The notes under the pieces are model-generated. The model searched no databases. It worked only from the letters and a program-made list of their open reading frames with translations, and was not told the origin of the DNA. Shown here piece by piece: positions 9,376-19,550 of a DNA stretch of 64,000 bases. The stretch lies in assembly GCA_017446155.1 (NCBI GenBank), contig JAFSRI010000001.1:12088-76087 (forward strand). Reading direction: 5' to 3'. Within the stretch, counting starts at the first letter, position 1. Each line of letters starts with the position of its first letter. This stretch comes from Clostridia bacterium (GTDB lineage: Bacteria > Bacillota > Clostridia > Oscillospirales > CAG-272). The translations under genes were made by a program, and so were the position numbers.

Positions 9376-11826
9376 TTATACGGCGGCGTGTTTTGCGTCT
9401 ACGCGAGTCTGCCTTTGAACAATATCCGGCGCTTGTATGTATTCGGATATTTCATCCGCACGGTCTTTCTTTTCGCTCGCTTCGGGCTTTGTGCAAAATG
9501 CGATGTCGATAGCTTCCGCAACGCTTGAAATACAAATAATTTCAACGTTTTCTTTTACGACAGGCATGATTTGATACATGTCGGCACGGTTTTCTTCCGG
9601 AATAAGTATCGTCTTTACTCCCGCAAGATATGCCGCCATCGTTTTTTCTCTCAGCCCTCCGATCGCCATAACGCGGCCTCTCAGGTTTATTTCGCCCGTC
9701 ATTGCGACGTCACGCCTCACCGGTATTCCAGAAAGCTCGCTTGCGATAGCGGTGGCGATCGTCACGCCCGCGGACGGACCGTCTTTCGGAACGGCGCCCT
9801 CGGGGAAATGAACGTGAATATCTTTTGTTTTATAGAAGTCGGGGTCGATGCCGAGTTTTTCCGCGCACGAACGGATGTAGCTTATCGCTGCCTGCGCGGA
9901 TTCTTTCATTACCTCGCCCAAAGAGCCGGTAAGCTCTGTTTTGCCGTTGCCGCTAAGCGCCAGCGCCTCGACGAGCATAACCTCGCCGCCAAGTTCCGTA
10001 TATGCCATACCGCAAACCGTGCCGATCTCGTCACGGTCGAGTATTTTATCTTTGTGCATTCGCTCCTCGCCGGCGTAAACGGTTATATTGTCTTTCGTCA
10101 CTTTCACCGTCTTTTTCTCGCCGCAAACTATCTGTTTCGCGGCTCTGCGGCAGCATTTTGCAATAACTCTTTCAAGCTGCCTTACGCCTGCCTCGTGAGT
10201 ATACTCGTCAATTAACGTATAAAGCGCGTCGTCGGAAATTTTAAACGTTCTTCCGTCAAGCCCGTGACGTTTCGCCTGTTTCTTTATCAAGTGATTTCGA
10301 GCGATCGAGAATTTCTCCGAGCGGGTGTATATTTTCATCTCGATTATCTCCATCCTGTCTATAAGCGGGGCGGGGACGGTGTCGAGCGTGTTTGCGGTTG
10401 TGATAAACATACAGTTGGATATATCGACGGGAAATTCGATGAAGTGATCTCTGAACGCCTTGTTCTGCTCGCCGTCAAGCACTTCAAGCAGGGCGGAAGC
10501 AGGGTCGCCGTGTGCGTCGCTTGTAAGTTTATCGATCTCGTCCATAAGTATCAGCGGGTTTTGCGTTTTAGCGTTTACAAGCGCCGTGATGATACGTCCG
10601 GGCATCGAGCCTATATACGTTTTTCTGTGGCCGCGAATATCTGCCTCGTCCCTCACTCCGCCCAGCGACATTCTGATAAACTTTCGGTTCATGGCGCGGG
10701 CGATGCTCGACGCCACCGATGTTTTGCCTGTTCCGGGCGGACCGACAAGACAAATGATCTGGTTTTTATGCTCGGGATTCAACTTCTGCGCCGCAAGAAA
10801 TTCGATGATACGTTCTTTTACGTCGTCAAGTCCGTCGTGGTCGTCGTCGAGGATTTTTCTCGCCGCATCAACGTCGATACGGTCTTTCGTAAATTTGCCT
10901 ATCGGAATTTCAAGGCATGTGTCGAGATAATTTCTGATAACCGCGCCCTCGGCAGACCCGTAAGGAGTTTTTGCCAGTTTTTTCAGCTCTTTTGTCAGTT
11001 TTTCTTTTATCTCGTCCGAGAACGCCGATTTTTCTATCTTTTCGGCATAGTCGGCCATATCCTCGTCGTCAAACGCGTCGTTCTCGCCGAGCTCCTCACG
11101 AATGACCTTCATCTGCTCGCGCAGATAATAGTCGCGCTGGTTCTTGTCCATTCTCTCGCGCACTTCGTCGTGTATTTTCGCTTCTTCCGAAAGGACGTTT
11201 TTTTCTTTTTCAAGCGTGAATATCAGCAAATTTGCCCTGCGTTTCGGGTCAAATTCAGAAAGCAACTCTTCTCTGTCCTCGATTTTCGCCACCATGTTCG
11301 CCGCAACGAAATCACACAGCATCGAAATGTCGCTTATCGACTCTATCACGCGACGCAAATCCGGCGAAAACTTCGGTATAAACTTTGAAAACTCCTTTAC
11401 CGCCGTGTTTATCTCGCGCACAAGCGCCTCGCCTACCACGCCTCCGTCGTCGAAGGTCACCGTCTTTTCCATTACTTCCGCCAGGAGCATCTTGCCCTGT
11501 TTCGTTTTGTAAATATCTTCGAGCACGGCGCGCTCGACAGGCTCTACGAGCACACGGTAAACGCCTCCGTCGGCTTTCATCATTTGTTTTATTTTCGCCG
11601 TAGTGCCAACCGTATACATGTCGCTCATCTCCGGATCGTCTACCGTAGCGTCGCGCTGACAAACGAGGAATATCATACTGTCGTTTGCTATCGCATCATC
11701 TATCGCGTGCTTGGATATGCTCCTGCCTACTTCAAGGTTCATCGGTATATTCGGAAACGACACCGCCCCGCGCATCGGTATACACGGAAGCGTACGTTTT
11801 TCAATATGTTCTCTTGTTATTGCCAT
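9376..11826 (-). CDS. lon: ATP-dependent Lon protease
   Basis: Walker A GPPGTGKT, DEIDK, catalytic PKDGPSAG; 816 aa. Confidence 0.97.
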   Translation of the reverse strand: MAITREHIEKRTLPCIPMRGAVSFPNIPMNLEVGRSISKHAIDDAIANDSMIFLVCQRDATVDDPEMSDMYTVGTTAKIKQMMKADGGVYRVLVEPVERAVLEDIYKTKQGKMLLAEVMEKTVTFDDGGVVGEALVREINTAVKEFSKFIPKFSPDLRRVIESISDISMLCDFVAANMVAKIEDREELLSEFDPKRRANLLIFTLEKEKNVLSEEAKIHDEVRERMDKNQRDYYLREQMKVIREELGENDAFDDEDMADYAEKIEKSAFSDEIKEKLTKELKKLAKTPYGSAEGAVIRNYLDTCLEIPIGKFTKDRIDVDAARKILDDDHDGLDDVKERIIEFLAAQKLNPEHKNQIICLVGPPGTGKTSVASSIARAMNRKFIRMSLGGVRDEADIRGHRKTYIGSMPGRIITALVNAKTQNPLILMDEIDKLTSDAHGDPASALLEVLDGEQNKAFRDHFIEFPVDISNCMFITTANTLDTVPAPLIDRMEIIEMKIYTRSEKFSIARNHLIKKQAKRHGLDGRTFKISDDALYTLIDEYTHEAGVRQLERVIAKCCRRAAKQIVCGEKKTVKVTKDNITVYAGEERMHKDKILDRDEIGTVCGMAYTELGGEVMLVEALALSGNGKTELTGSLGEVMKESAQAAISYIRSCAEKLGIDPDFYKTKDIHVHFPEGAVPKDGPSAGVTIATAIASELSGIPVRRDVAMTGEINLRGRVMAIGGLREKTMAAYLAGVKTILIPEENRADMYQIMPVVKENVEIICISSVAEAIDIAFCTKPEASEKKDRADEISEYIQAPDIVQRQTRVDAKHAAV

Positions 11827-12310
11827 TTTTTCTGCCTTTCAATATATGTTATCTCAAATAATTTTGAGCATATTTGCCGTAATTTTATATATTATATCAT
11901 AATTGTTAAATAAATTCCATAGTTAAGATAAAATTTAACCTTTTAGAAACATTTTAGTTTTTCAATGTTTCTTTTCCTCAACGGCAAGCGCGTCCTTTCG
12001 CCACGTTTACAAATATTCGTCATTAACCTTTTCATCCGTTTTTTGATCGTTTTTTTACAACGGCAGTTAAGCATTTTCACAACATTTATAAATGTTCATC
12101 CTTGCCAACTTTTTTCAATCTTTTTTCGTCTGTTCCCGTAAAAAACTCTTTTTCTCGCGCCGTCGCAAACCGTCGGCTTTATGCCTTTGTCGTTCATACG
12201 GCTTTTCCTGCATTTTAACCTTTTAATTCATTATTCTCCCGGTCGAGTCGTAACGTTACATCTCGTTTATTTTCAAAAAACAAAGACGCCAAACCACGCA
12301 AAAATAAAAA

Positions 12311-12334
12311 CCGGGAACGGATTGACCGTTCCCG
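12311..12334 (-). terminator. Intrinsic terminator after the trigger-factor-like gene
   Basis: CGGGAACGG/CCGTTCCCG stem with an A-run on the + strand side. Confidence 0.65.
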
Positions 12335-12346
12335 TGATAAATAAAT

Positions 12347-13765
12347 TTATTCAGCCTTTTGCGGAATTTCAGGCATGCCATCAACCGTCATTTTTTCAAA
12401 CAGCACGTCTGCGCATTTTCTGTAAATGAACTGAGTTTTAAGAATATCCTTTGTATACATCGCCTCGATTTGCGCGTTTGTATATGTGGTGTTATAGTAG
12501 TAATAATAATATACTCTCAAACCGTTTAGGTTTTCCTGATACTCCTGCTCGGTATAATCTATATTATATTCTTTCTTTATCGAATAAGCGACAAGCGCTT
12601 CTTTTATATCGGCTTTGGCACTATTCGTAATATATGCGTCAGCGCCGCCCGCCCCGTAAAGAGCGTTCTTTGCCTGTTCTTCGGTATAACCGTTGTTTAC
12701 ATAGGCGGCCACCATGTTCGCCACCTCGTCTTTGTAGTGCTTTTCATACTGAGTGAGCAGATTTTTCGGATATTCAATAACCTCGGAATCGCTCACGACG
12801 CGGTCAAGCATAATGCTCTTTGCAAAATTCAACACACGCATCGCTTCTTTAAGTTCCCATTCGCTTTCAAACTCGGTATTGTTGCGAACGGTGTAATCCG
12901 CGTTATAAACGTTTTTAACTTCTATCTCAAATGCAGCCTCTTTGCCGGCAAGCTCTTCGTCGCTGTAATTTTCGGGGAACGTAACGTTCGCCGTGAATTT
13001 TTCGCCTTTTTTGTGGCCGAGCATAGCGCGGTCGAGTTCTTCAAACAAATATCCCGCGCCTATCTTAACTTCGTAATTGTCGGCGGAGCCGCCTTTAAAG
13101 AGATAGCCGTCTATTCTGCCTTTGAACGACATAACGACCCAGTCCCCGTCCTCAATCGTTTCCTTGTCGTCGCCGCACGCGTTATAAAAACTCGTCAACA
13201 TCTCATATATTGCGTCGTCGGAAATTCCCGGAAGTATTTTTACAATGCTTACCGTAAAGCGTATCTTCTTGCCCGCAATGCTCTCTTCCTCGTACGTCTG
13301 CGGAACGTTTAAAGTAAACGAGTATTCTTTCCCGAGCTGTACGCTTCTCTCTTCGCCCTCGCTGTCGGTCACGTTTTCAACGTCATAAGCCAACGCCGTA
13401 TCGAATGCGACGTTTGCCTCATACCTGCCGTATTCATATCCCTTTACGTAATCGTCGCCATCGCGGCTCCACGGCTCATAGCGCGTGTATGAAACGCTGT
13501 CTGCTGCTTCTTCAACGACCTCCGCCTTTATCTTAAAATCGACGGTGCAGCCGTTTTGTATTTTGAAATAACCGTTTTTGTTCGTTTCGGATATTTGCTC
13601 TCTGTATTCGTTATACAGTTCGACAAGCTCTTCGTATTTTACCGAAGAATGCTCCGCGACCTTTATATACTTTGTAAGATCCTCTTTTTCATAGTTGAAC
13701 CCGCAACCGCAAAGTATCAGCGTAAGCGCCGCGAGCACAAGTGTAAGACAAACAATTTTCTTCAT
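12347..13765 (-). CDS. Trigger-factor-like FKBP PPIase lipoprotein
   Basis: Start MKKIVCLTLVLAALTLILCG|C (lipobox); FKBP motif GDWVVMSFKGRIDG...FKGGSA...VTFPENY...LAGKEAAF plus a degenerate upstream copy. Confidence 0.8.
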   Translation of the reverse strand: MKKIVCLTLVLAALTLILCGCGFNYEKEDLTKYIKVAEHSSVKYEELVELYNEYREQISETNKNGYFKIQNGCTVDFKIKAEVVEEAADSVSYTRYEPWSRDGDDYVKGYEYGRYEANVAFDTALAYDVENVTDSEGEERSVQLGKEYSFTLNVPQTYEEESIAGKKIRFTVSIVKILPGISDDAIYEMLTSFYNACGDDKETIEDGDWVVMSFKGRIDGYLFKGGSADNYEVKIGAGYLFEELDRAMLGHKKGEKFTANVTFPENYSDEELAGKEAAFEIEVKNVYNADYTVRNNTEFESEWELKEAMRVLNFAKSIMLDRVVSDSEVIEYPKNLLTQYEKHYKDEVANMVAAYVNNGYTEEQAKNALYGAGGADAYITNSAKADIKEALVAYSIKKEYNIDYTEQEYQENLNGLRVYYYYYYNTTYTNAQIEAMYTKDILKTQFIYRKCADVLFEKMTVDGMPEIPQKAE

Positions 13766-13863
13766 ATGTATTCCTCTCATAATATACTTTCCTTGACATT
13801 TTACCTCAAACCGAATAAAAAAGCAAGTGCAAAGACGCATTTAACAAAAATATAACACTTGCG

Positions 13864-14688
13864 TCATTTTTCATACGGTCGATATTTTTCGATGATTTTC
13901 CGCATATATCCTATCGTGCCGAGCATTTTGTCAACGTCAAGCGTGCCGTCGTCGCGCAAAACCGGCGACTCTATGGTGATGCTCTCCTCATAGTGAGGAA
14001 TGTTTGAAAAAATATGGTCAAAATCCACCGTGCCCTCGCCCGGGTGAAGTATAGGGCGGATAAGTCCCCATTGTGCCGCCACCCCGCTGTATGAGCTTAT
14101 ATGCATGTGTTTTACTTTTTTCCATAGCGGACTTGCAAATATATCGAGATACTGCCCGTGAAACGCACCGAAGCGAGTGTCGAAAATAAACTCAGCGTCG
14201 GGCTGTTTTTCGGCTATCTTGCCCCACACCGAGAGAGGATCGGAATAAACGCACGGTATGTTTTCTATAAGCAGCTTTACTCCGTGCTTTTTACATTCCT
14301 CCTCCATCTGCGGCAAAAGGTCTATCGTCACGTCTATATTCCCGTCCGACTTCGGGCCGCCCCACAGATGAAACACCGCCTTATCTGCGCCTATCTCATC
14401 GGCAAACTCTACGTTCTGTTTGAAAAAGTCGAGTGCTCTGGGAACGAATCTTTCGTCGTTTTCGGAAAAAATCACGCCTATGTCTTTGTCAAAATGCACT
14501 ACCGGCATTTTTATGCCCGCGGCGTTGAGTTCCGCCGCTATCTTATCGAGGTTCTTATACCAAAAACCAAGCAGCATTATCTCAAATCCGTCACACGGGA
14601 ATTTTTCAAAATTCTCGATTATCACCCTGTGGTCATAGCTGTTTGCCTTGCCGACAATGGCGCCTGTTGAAACGTATAGCTTATTCAT
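13864..14688 (-). CDS. Sugar phosphate isomerase/epimerase (AP-endonuclease-2 TIM barrel)
   Basis: LLIEN, FDT, HMHIS, PGEGTVDF and TIE motifs; overlaps the lexA stop. Confidence 0.8.
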   Translation of the reverse strand: MNKLYVSTGAIVGKANSYDHRVIIENFEKFPCDGFEIMLLGFWYKNLDKIAAELNAAGIKMPVVHFDKDIGVIFSENDERFVPRALDFFKQNVEFADEIGADKAVFHLWGGPKSDGNIDVTIDLLPQMEEECKKHGVKLLIENIPCVYSDPLSVWGKIAEKQPDAEFIFDTRFGAFHGQYLDIFASPLWKKVKHMHISSYSGVAAQWGLIRPILHPGEGTVDFDHIFSNIPHYEESITIESPVLRDDGTLDVDKMLGTIGYMRKIIEKYRPYEK

Positions 14689-15292
14689 AGTATCTGACGT
14701 TTGCTATCACCTTTCCGAGAATTGACACGTTTTTTGCGATTATCGGCTTCATCGTGCTGTTTTCCGGTTGAAGTCTGAACTGACCGTTCTCGCGGTAAAA
14801 CGTTTTGACTGTCGCTTCCTCGTCAACGAGCACAACGGCTATATCACCGTTCTCAACATAGCTTGTGCGGTTTACTATAACATAGTCACCGTCGAGTATC
14901 CCCGCCTCAATCATGCTCTCGCCCTTGACGGAAAGCGCAAAAAGTTCGCTTCTCGCATCGACCGTTCTCGGAGGTGAAAACTCAATAAACCCGTCAAAGT
15001 TCTCCTCGGCAAGTATCGGCAGTCCCGCCGCCACCTGCCCGAGTATCGGCACGCTCAAACACTCCTTCGGCTGAGTCGCATCCTCGCCTATCCTTACCGT
15101 GCGGCTCTTTCCTTGCTCTTTTCTGATATATCCCTTTTTTTCAAGCCGTTCAAGATAGGAATGGATAGTCGAAGTGCTTTTTACTCCGACCGCCTCTTTT
15201 ATATCCCTCACCGACGGTGAGTAGCCGTTCTTTTCGATGGTTGAACACAAATAATCATATACCCTGCGTTCGCGTTCGGTCAGCTTTTCCAT
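14681..15292 (-). CDS. lexA: SOS repressor LexA
   Basis: PSVRDI HTH, VAAG cleavage site, GESM serine, ATVK lysine. Confidence 0.97.
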   Translation of the reverse strand: MEKLTERERRVYDYLCSTIEKNGYSPSVRDIKEAVGVKSTSTIHSYLERLEKKGYIRKEQGKSRTVRIGEDATQPKECLSVPILGQVAAGLPILAEENFDGFIEFSPPRTVDARSELFALSVKGESMIEAGILDGDYVIVNRTSYVENGDIAVVLVDEEATVKTFYRENGQFRLQPENSTMKPIIAKNVSILGKVIANVRYYE

Positions 15293-15327
15293 AAAGTTTT
15301 CTCCCTTTGTTATTTTTATTCATTATT

Positions 15328-15388
15328 ATTATATCACAAACTTCTTAAAAATGCAAACTTTTGTTCTTATTTTTCTGAAAATTTGTTC
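15328..15388 (-). promoter_or_regulatory. lexA sigma-A promoter with two SOS (Cheo) boxes
   Basis: TTGCAT-N17-TATAAT (15356-15328); AAAC-N4-GTTC at 15355-15366 and GAAA-N4-GTTC at 15377-15388, against the consensus GAAC-N4-GTTC. Confidence 0.75.
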
Positions 15389-15684
15389 TTATTTCTGCTG
15401 TCTATATGGTTTTATTCACAATTTGTCGCCAAAAAGTTGCCTTTTTGTAAAGAAACACCGCAATCAGCAAATAATACATTTGTATTATTTGGTTCAAACC
15501 GTCAAAAACCGGTTTCATTCTTTTAAGACACGCACGTCCGTCGAGGAAGATAAACACGCCTAATCACCGTTTTTTGTCCCCCGAATTTTGCAGAGATAAA
15601 AAATCTCGAAAAATATTCGGCGTTATCGGGCAGAAAGATTTTAAACCGCATATAATAAAATAAAAAAGTAGGAGAAAAACGCCT

Positions 15685-16593
15685 TTGGACTACTTAAAAG
15701 CGGCGGCGTCAACCGACATACACCGCGCGATAAACACCATCGCCGACGAATATCAAGGCATATTGTCGTCCGGCGTTTTCGGCTTTTCAATACTCGGAAA
15801 GCCGCTCGAATACATAACGTTCGGAGTTGGAAAAGAAACGCATATTTTTGTCGGCACGCATCACGGTTCGGAGCATATAACTGCGTCTTTGCTTATCAAA
15901 TTTTCAGCCGATATTGCCGACGCCGCGCAAAACGGGCGAAAGCTCGCCGGGTTTGACGTTTCAAACATTCGCTCATACAGACAGCTCGTCATAATTCCCA
16001 TGCTCAATCCCGACGGCGCCGATATTGAACAGGGGGCGCTTCCCGCCGACCATTTTATCTTTCCGCGGCTGTTGTCGATGAACCCGCACGGGCGCGATTT
16101 TACGCATTGGCAGGCAAACGCCCGCGGGGTCGATTTAAACCACAACTATGACGCAGGCTTTTACGAATGTAAAAAGCTCGAACAAAAGCTAGGAATTTTC
16201 TCAGGCGGCCCGACGCGCTTCGGCGGACAGTACCCCGAAAGTGAACCCGAAGTTCAAGCGATGTGCGACCTTACGCGATTTTTCGTCCCGCGGCTGAAAA
16301 CCGCGACGGCGTTGCACACTCAGGGCGAGGAGATTTATTACGGTTACGGAGAAAAAATACCTGACGGGGCGAAGATGTTGGCGGATATGTTTTCGCGCGC
16401 GTCGCAATATGCGGTGTCAAAGCCCGAGGGCATCGCCTCCTACGGCGGATATAAAGATTGGGTGACGGATAAATTCGCCATACCGTCGTTTACAATAGAA
16501 TGCGGCAGAGGGGTGAATCCTCTGCCGCCGTCCGATTTTTATAAAATTTACGAAAAAATACTGCCGATATTGCTCATATGTGCGTCATTCTGA
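15685..16593 (+). CDS. M14 metallopeptidase, gamma-D-glutamyl-meso-DAP endopeptidase-like
   Basis: HHGSE, PMLNPDG, WQANARGVDLNHN, HTQGEEIY, TIECG. Confidence 0.88.
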   Translation: MDYLKAAASTDIHRAINTIADEYQGILSSGVFGFSILGKPLEYITFGVGKETHIFVGTHHGSEHITASLLIKFSADIADAAQNGRKLAGFDVSNIRSYRQLVIIPMLNPDGADIEQGALPADHFIFPRLLSMNPHGRDFTHWQANARGVDLNHNYDAGFYECKKLEQKLGIFSGGPTRFGGQYPESEPEVQAMCDLTRFFVPRLKTATALHTQGEEIYYGYGEKIPDGAKMLADMFSRASQYAVSKPEGIASYGGYKDWVTDKFAIPSFTIECGRGVNPLPPSDFYKIYEKILPILLICASF

Positions 16594-16634
16594 GAAAAAA
16601 CGCTTGCAATCCATTAAAAAACAATTTATAATTA

Positions 16635-16892
16635 TTACAGCCCGAGGTAAGATTTGAGCATGTTGTGCAACAGCTCGTCACGGTCTATCTTGCGAATGAG
16701 CGACCTTGCATTCTTATAGCCTGTGATATACGTCGGGTCTTCCGAAAGGATATAGCCGACGATTTGGTTTATTGGATTATACCCCTTTTCGAGAAGAGCG
16801 TTGTAAACTTCGACAAGAATGTTTTTCATCTCCTCTTCGTTTTTCGCACCCAAAGAGAAAGTCATCGTTTGGTCGTTGTCCGGTCTTAACAT
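16635..16892 (-). CDS. IreB/ReoM-family regulatory phosphoprotein (UPF0297)
   Basis: [23 protein letters not shown]...[14 protein letters not shown]. Confidence 0.93.
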   Translation of the reverse strand: MLRPDNDQTMTFSLGAKNEEEMKNILVEVYNALLEKGYNPINQIVGYILSEDPTYITGYKNARSLIRKIDRDELLHNMLKSYLGL

Positions 16893-17006
16893 ATTTTTAT
16901 ATCCTTTCGTTTTTCACCTTGCCCTATTATTTTACAACAAAAATATAATTTTTTCAATATTTTTCGGCATATTCTCAAAAATTAAATTTAGAAAAGGAAG
17001 TTTTTT

Positions 17007-17573
17007 ATGGAATTCAAAAGAAAACTCATGTCAAACGACAAAATAGCTGAAACAGAACGCACGATAGCCGAGCAAATCTCCGATATTTGCACCGAGAACA
17101 AGCCGCGCTTCGAGCAGCTCGGATATGAGCTTGATTTGCGGTTTGAATACATTACAGACGAGGACCTCAGCTATTCCGTACTCGATTTTGAGCGGGACAA
17201 TAAATATCCGATAGGCTATGTCAGCCGTGCGACGCTCACTTTGAAAAAACCGAAGGGGGAAGTCGCGGAGGAAGAATCGGTTGAAATTTCGGAAGAGCCC
17301 GAAAGCGGTGTGACGGAAGATGAAAGCGATGACGGCGACGGCATTGAATGCACGGTCACCGAACAGACTGATGAAGAGCAGGAAAAAGCCGACAGAACTC
17401 TTAAAATCGCCGACGAAGAACTTAAACGCACGGTGGCGTTCACTCACGTGATGCTTGTCAGAGTCTACAAAACGTTCTGGATGGAACGCGTAAGCACAAC
17501 CGACAGCATAGAAAGGCTTAAAGAAGACCTTGAAGAGTTTTACGCTCATCTTTCCGAGAAAACAAGTGATTGA
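17007..17573 (+). CDS. Hypothetical protein with a central acidic low-complexity segment
   Basis: 188-aa ORF with AAGGA RBS, followed by a hairpin terminator. Confidence 0.75.
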   Translation: MEFKRKLMSNDKIAETERTIAEQISDICTENKPRFEQLGYELDLRFEYITDEDLSYSVLDFERDNKYPIGYVSRATLTLKKPKGEVAEEESVEISEEPESGVTEDESDDGDGIECTVTEQTDEEQEKADRTLKIADEELKRTVAFTHVMLVRVYKTFWMERVSTTDSIERLKEDLEEFYAHLSEKTSD

Positions 17574-17608
17574 CTTGATTTTTTAAATATTATACTTGTG
17601 TATAAAAG

Positions 17609-17632
17609 CATCCGGGTGCTACGCCCGGATGT
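17609..17632. terminator. Bidirectional terminator
   Basis: CATCCGGG/CCCGGATG stem between convergent genes. Confidence 0.7.
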
Positions 17633-17635
17633 TTT

Positions 17636-18292
17636 TTATTTTGTTCTTTCACCGAATATACCCGTGCCTATGCGGATAATGTCAGCCCCCTCAGCCAACG
17701 CCTCGCGATAACTTTCCGTCATCCCCATGGAAAGAATGGGAGAAATAAAATATTCTGCGTTTTTGTCTTTAAGCTGTCTTAAATAACGGAAATATCCGCG
17801 GCGTTCGTCATCGCTGTCACACCTCGGGGCAACTGTCATCAGTCCTCGAAGCACCACCCCGTCAAGCTCCGAAATCTCCGCCAGAAGCTCAGGGAGCTCA
17901 TCCGGCATAACACCGCTTTTTTGCGGTTCGCGTCCGGTGTTCACCTCAATAAGTATCTCGGTCTTTATCCCCGCTTTGATACTCCGTCGGCTTATTTCCT
18001 CGGCAAGCGGAACAGAGTCAACCGACTCTATCATTTTGACTTTGCCTATGAGATACTTTACCTTGTTCTTTTGAAGCGTACCTATAAAATGCACCTCTGC
18101 TCCGCCGAAATACGGCTCGTGAAGCAAAAACTCCTGTACTCTGTTTTCGCCTAAAAGATCAAGCCCGCACTTTTTGACTGCATATTTAATCTCATCGCCC
18201 GTGCGTGTTTTTACCACGCCCATAAGGCGCGCCCGCGGATAGTCTTTCATATCATCGCGGAGTTTTTTTATGTTTTCAGCAATTTTTTCCAT
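17636..18292 (-). CDS. yggS: PLP homeostasis protein YggS/PROSC
   Basis: VVKT, GENRVQE, HFIGTLQKNK, LSMGM, RIGTGIFG. Confidence 0.93.
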   Translation of the reverse strand: MEKIAENIKKLRDDMKDYPRARLMGVVKTRTGDEIKYAVKKCGLDLLGENRVQEFLLHEPYFGGAEVHFIGTLQKNKVKYLIGKVKMIESVDSVPLAEEISRRSIKAGIKTEILIEVNTGREPQKSGVMPDELPELLAEISELDGVVLRGLMTVAPRCDSDDERRGYFRYLRQLKDKNAEYFISPILSMGMTESYREALAEGADIIRIGTGIFGERTK

Positions 18293-18293
18293 G

Positions 18294-19529
18294 TTATCCC
18301 ACGATTTTCCCGTCATAGAGGTTTTTTTCGTTTATTACCACAAGGTCATTTAACGCAATCGCCGGCATCTCCCCGGACGTTTCCCCGTTCACAAGATACA
18401 GCCCGTCAAGCTCCCAGACGATATTCACCTCACGAAGCCGCGCCACACCCTTTTTGAATATGTAAACGCAGGTGCGCCCGTCTATCATTCTGACAGCCGT
18501 CACCGGCACACAAAGCCCTTTATACGTCTGCCTGACAGCGCGCACGCTTTGAAATCTTGTCATTTCAAACGACGGCGGTACCTCAGACGAGGAAAATCGC
18601 AGCACTACCGCACCGCTTTCGTAGTCAACGAGCTTGCTTTCGAGCTTCATATTTATCACATCCGAGCAGGCGTTTCCGATAAACGTGCAAGCATAATATG
18701 TATCTGTCAAAAAACCGTCGCTTTTCTCAACGTCTGTCTTACAGACGAAATACCACCGAAAGTCCGTCATTAAAGCCCCTATGGCATTTTCATGTTCACG
18801 GGGCGCCATGTTTGTCATCTCGTCGAAGTTTGCGGGAGTGAGATACAGCGCGTCGTTGTACGTCATCATGCCCTCATATCCGTCGCTGTGCGAATAAAAT
18901 ATGCCCGAGCTTTCGGCATAAACCGTTTCATATACCGACCCAAGCGAGCGCCTGAGCGCGTCACGTTGAAGATTAAGCGACGCTATCTGCGCCCCAAAGT
19001 CACTTTCACCCTTTGCGGCAAGTTCGCGCTTATTCATGAGTATCGTCAGCTCCTCGCTGTGAACTTTTACCCACGAGTATTCGCCAGCCGCCGTTTTTTC
19101 AACTATCTGCAAACGCAGTGCGTTTATCTGTGCGTCAAGCTCGCCCACCGACGTTTTGCTCGTCAGCGCGCTCTTTTCAAGTATATATATCTCGCGGTCA
19201 ACGGAAGCAAGTTGAGAGGCGGTGTCATCGTCTTTTTTTGAATAAACCGCGGCAACCGCAGCTCCGGCGTTCACCTTTTCACCGTTGGAGAACATCCTCT
19301 CGACCGAACCCGATCCGGATACCAAAAGCGCCTTATCGTCCTTAAAAATAAACCCGGAAAACACCTCGGTATCATCAAATTCCGCTTCTTTTACCGCATA
19401 CAATTCGGTTTTCGGAACAAAATTAACAACAATGTGATAAATAAGATATACGGCGGCAAGCGCGGACAAAACCGAATAGAGCACTATCCTTCCGACTTTG
19501 CTGCCGAAAAACCGTTTCACGCCGTTCAT
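18294..19529 (-). CDS. HlyD-like membrane-fusion-domain protein
   Basis: N-terminal TM, lipoyl-like NGEKV...VAAVY, coiled coil, VYAESSGIF..DGYE, GLCVP; located just before yggS. Confidence 0.75.
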   Translation of the reverse strand: MNGVKRFFGSKVGRIVLYSVLSALAAVYLIYHIVVNFVPKTELYAVKEAEFDDTEVFSGFIFKDDKALLVSGSGSVERMFSNGEKVNAGAAVAAVYSKKDDDTASQLASVDREIYILEKSALTSKTSVGELDAQINALRLQIVEKTAAGEYSWVKVHSEELTILMNKRELAAKGESDFGAQIASLNLQRDALRRSLGSVYETVYAESSGIFYSHSDGYEGMMTYNDALYLTPANFDEMTNMAPREHENAIGALMTDFRWYFVCKTDVEKSDGFLTDTYYACTFIGNACSDVINMKLESKLVDYESGAVVLRFSSSEVPPSFEMTRFQSVRAVRQTYKGLCVPVTAVRMIDGRTCVYIFKKGVARLREVNIVWELDGLYLVNGETSGEMPAIALNDLVVINEKNLYDGKIVG

Positions 19530-19550
19530 ATGCCGCCTCCCTTTCATTTT

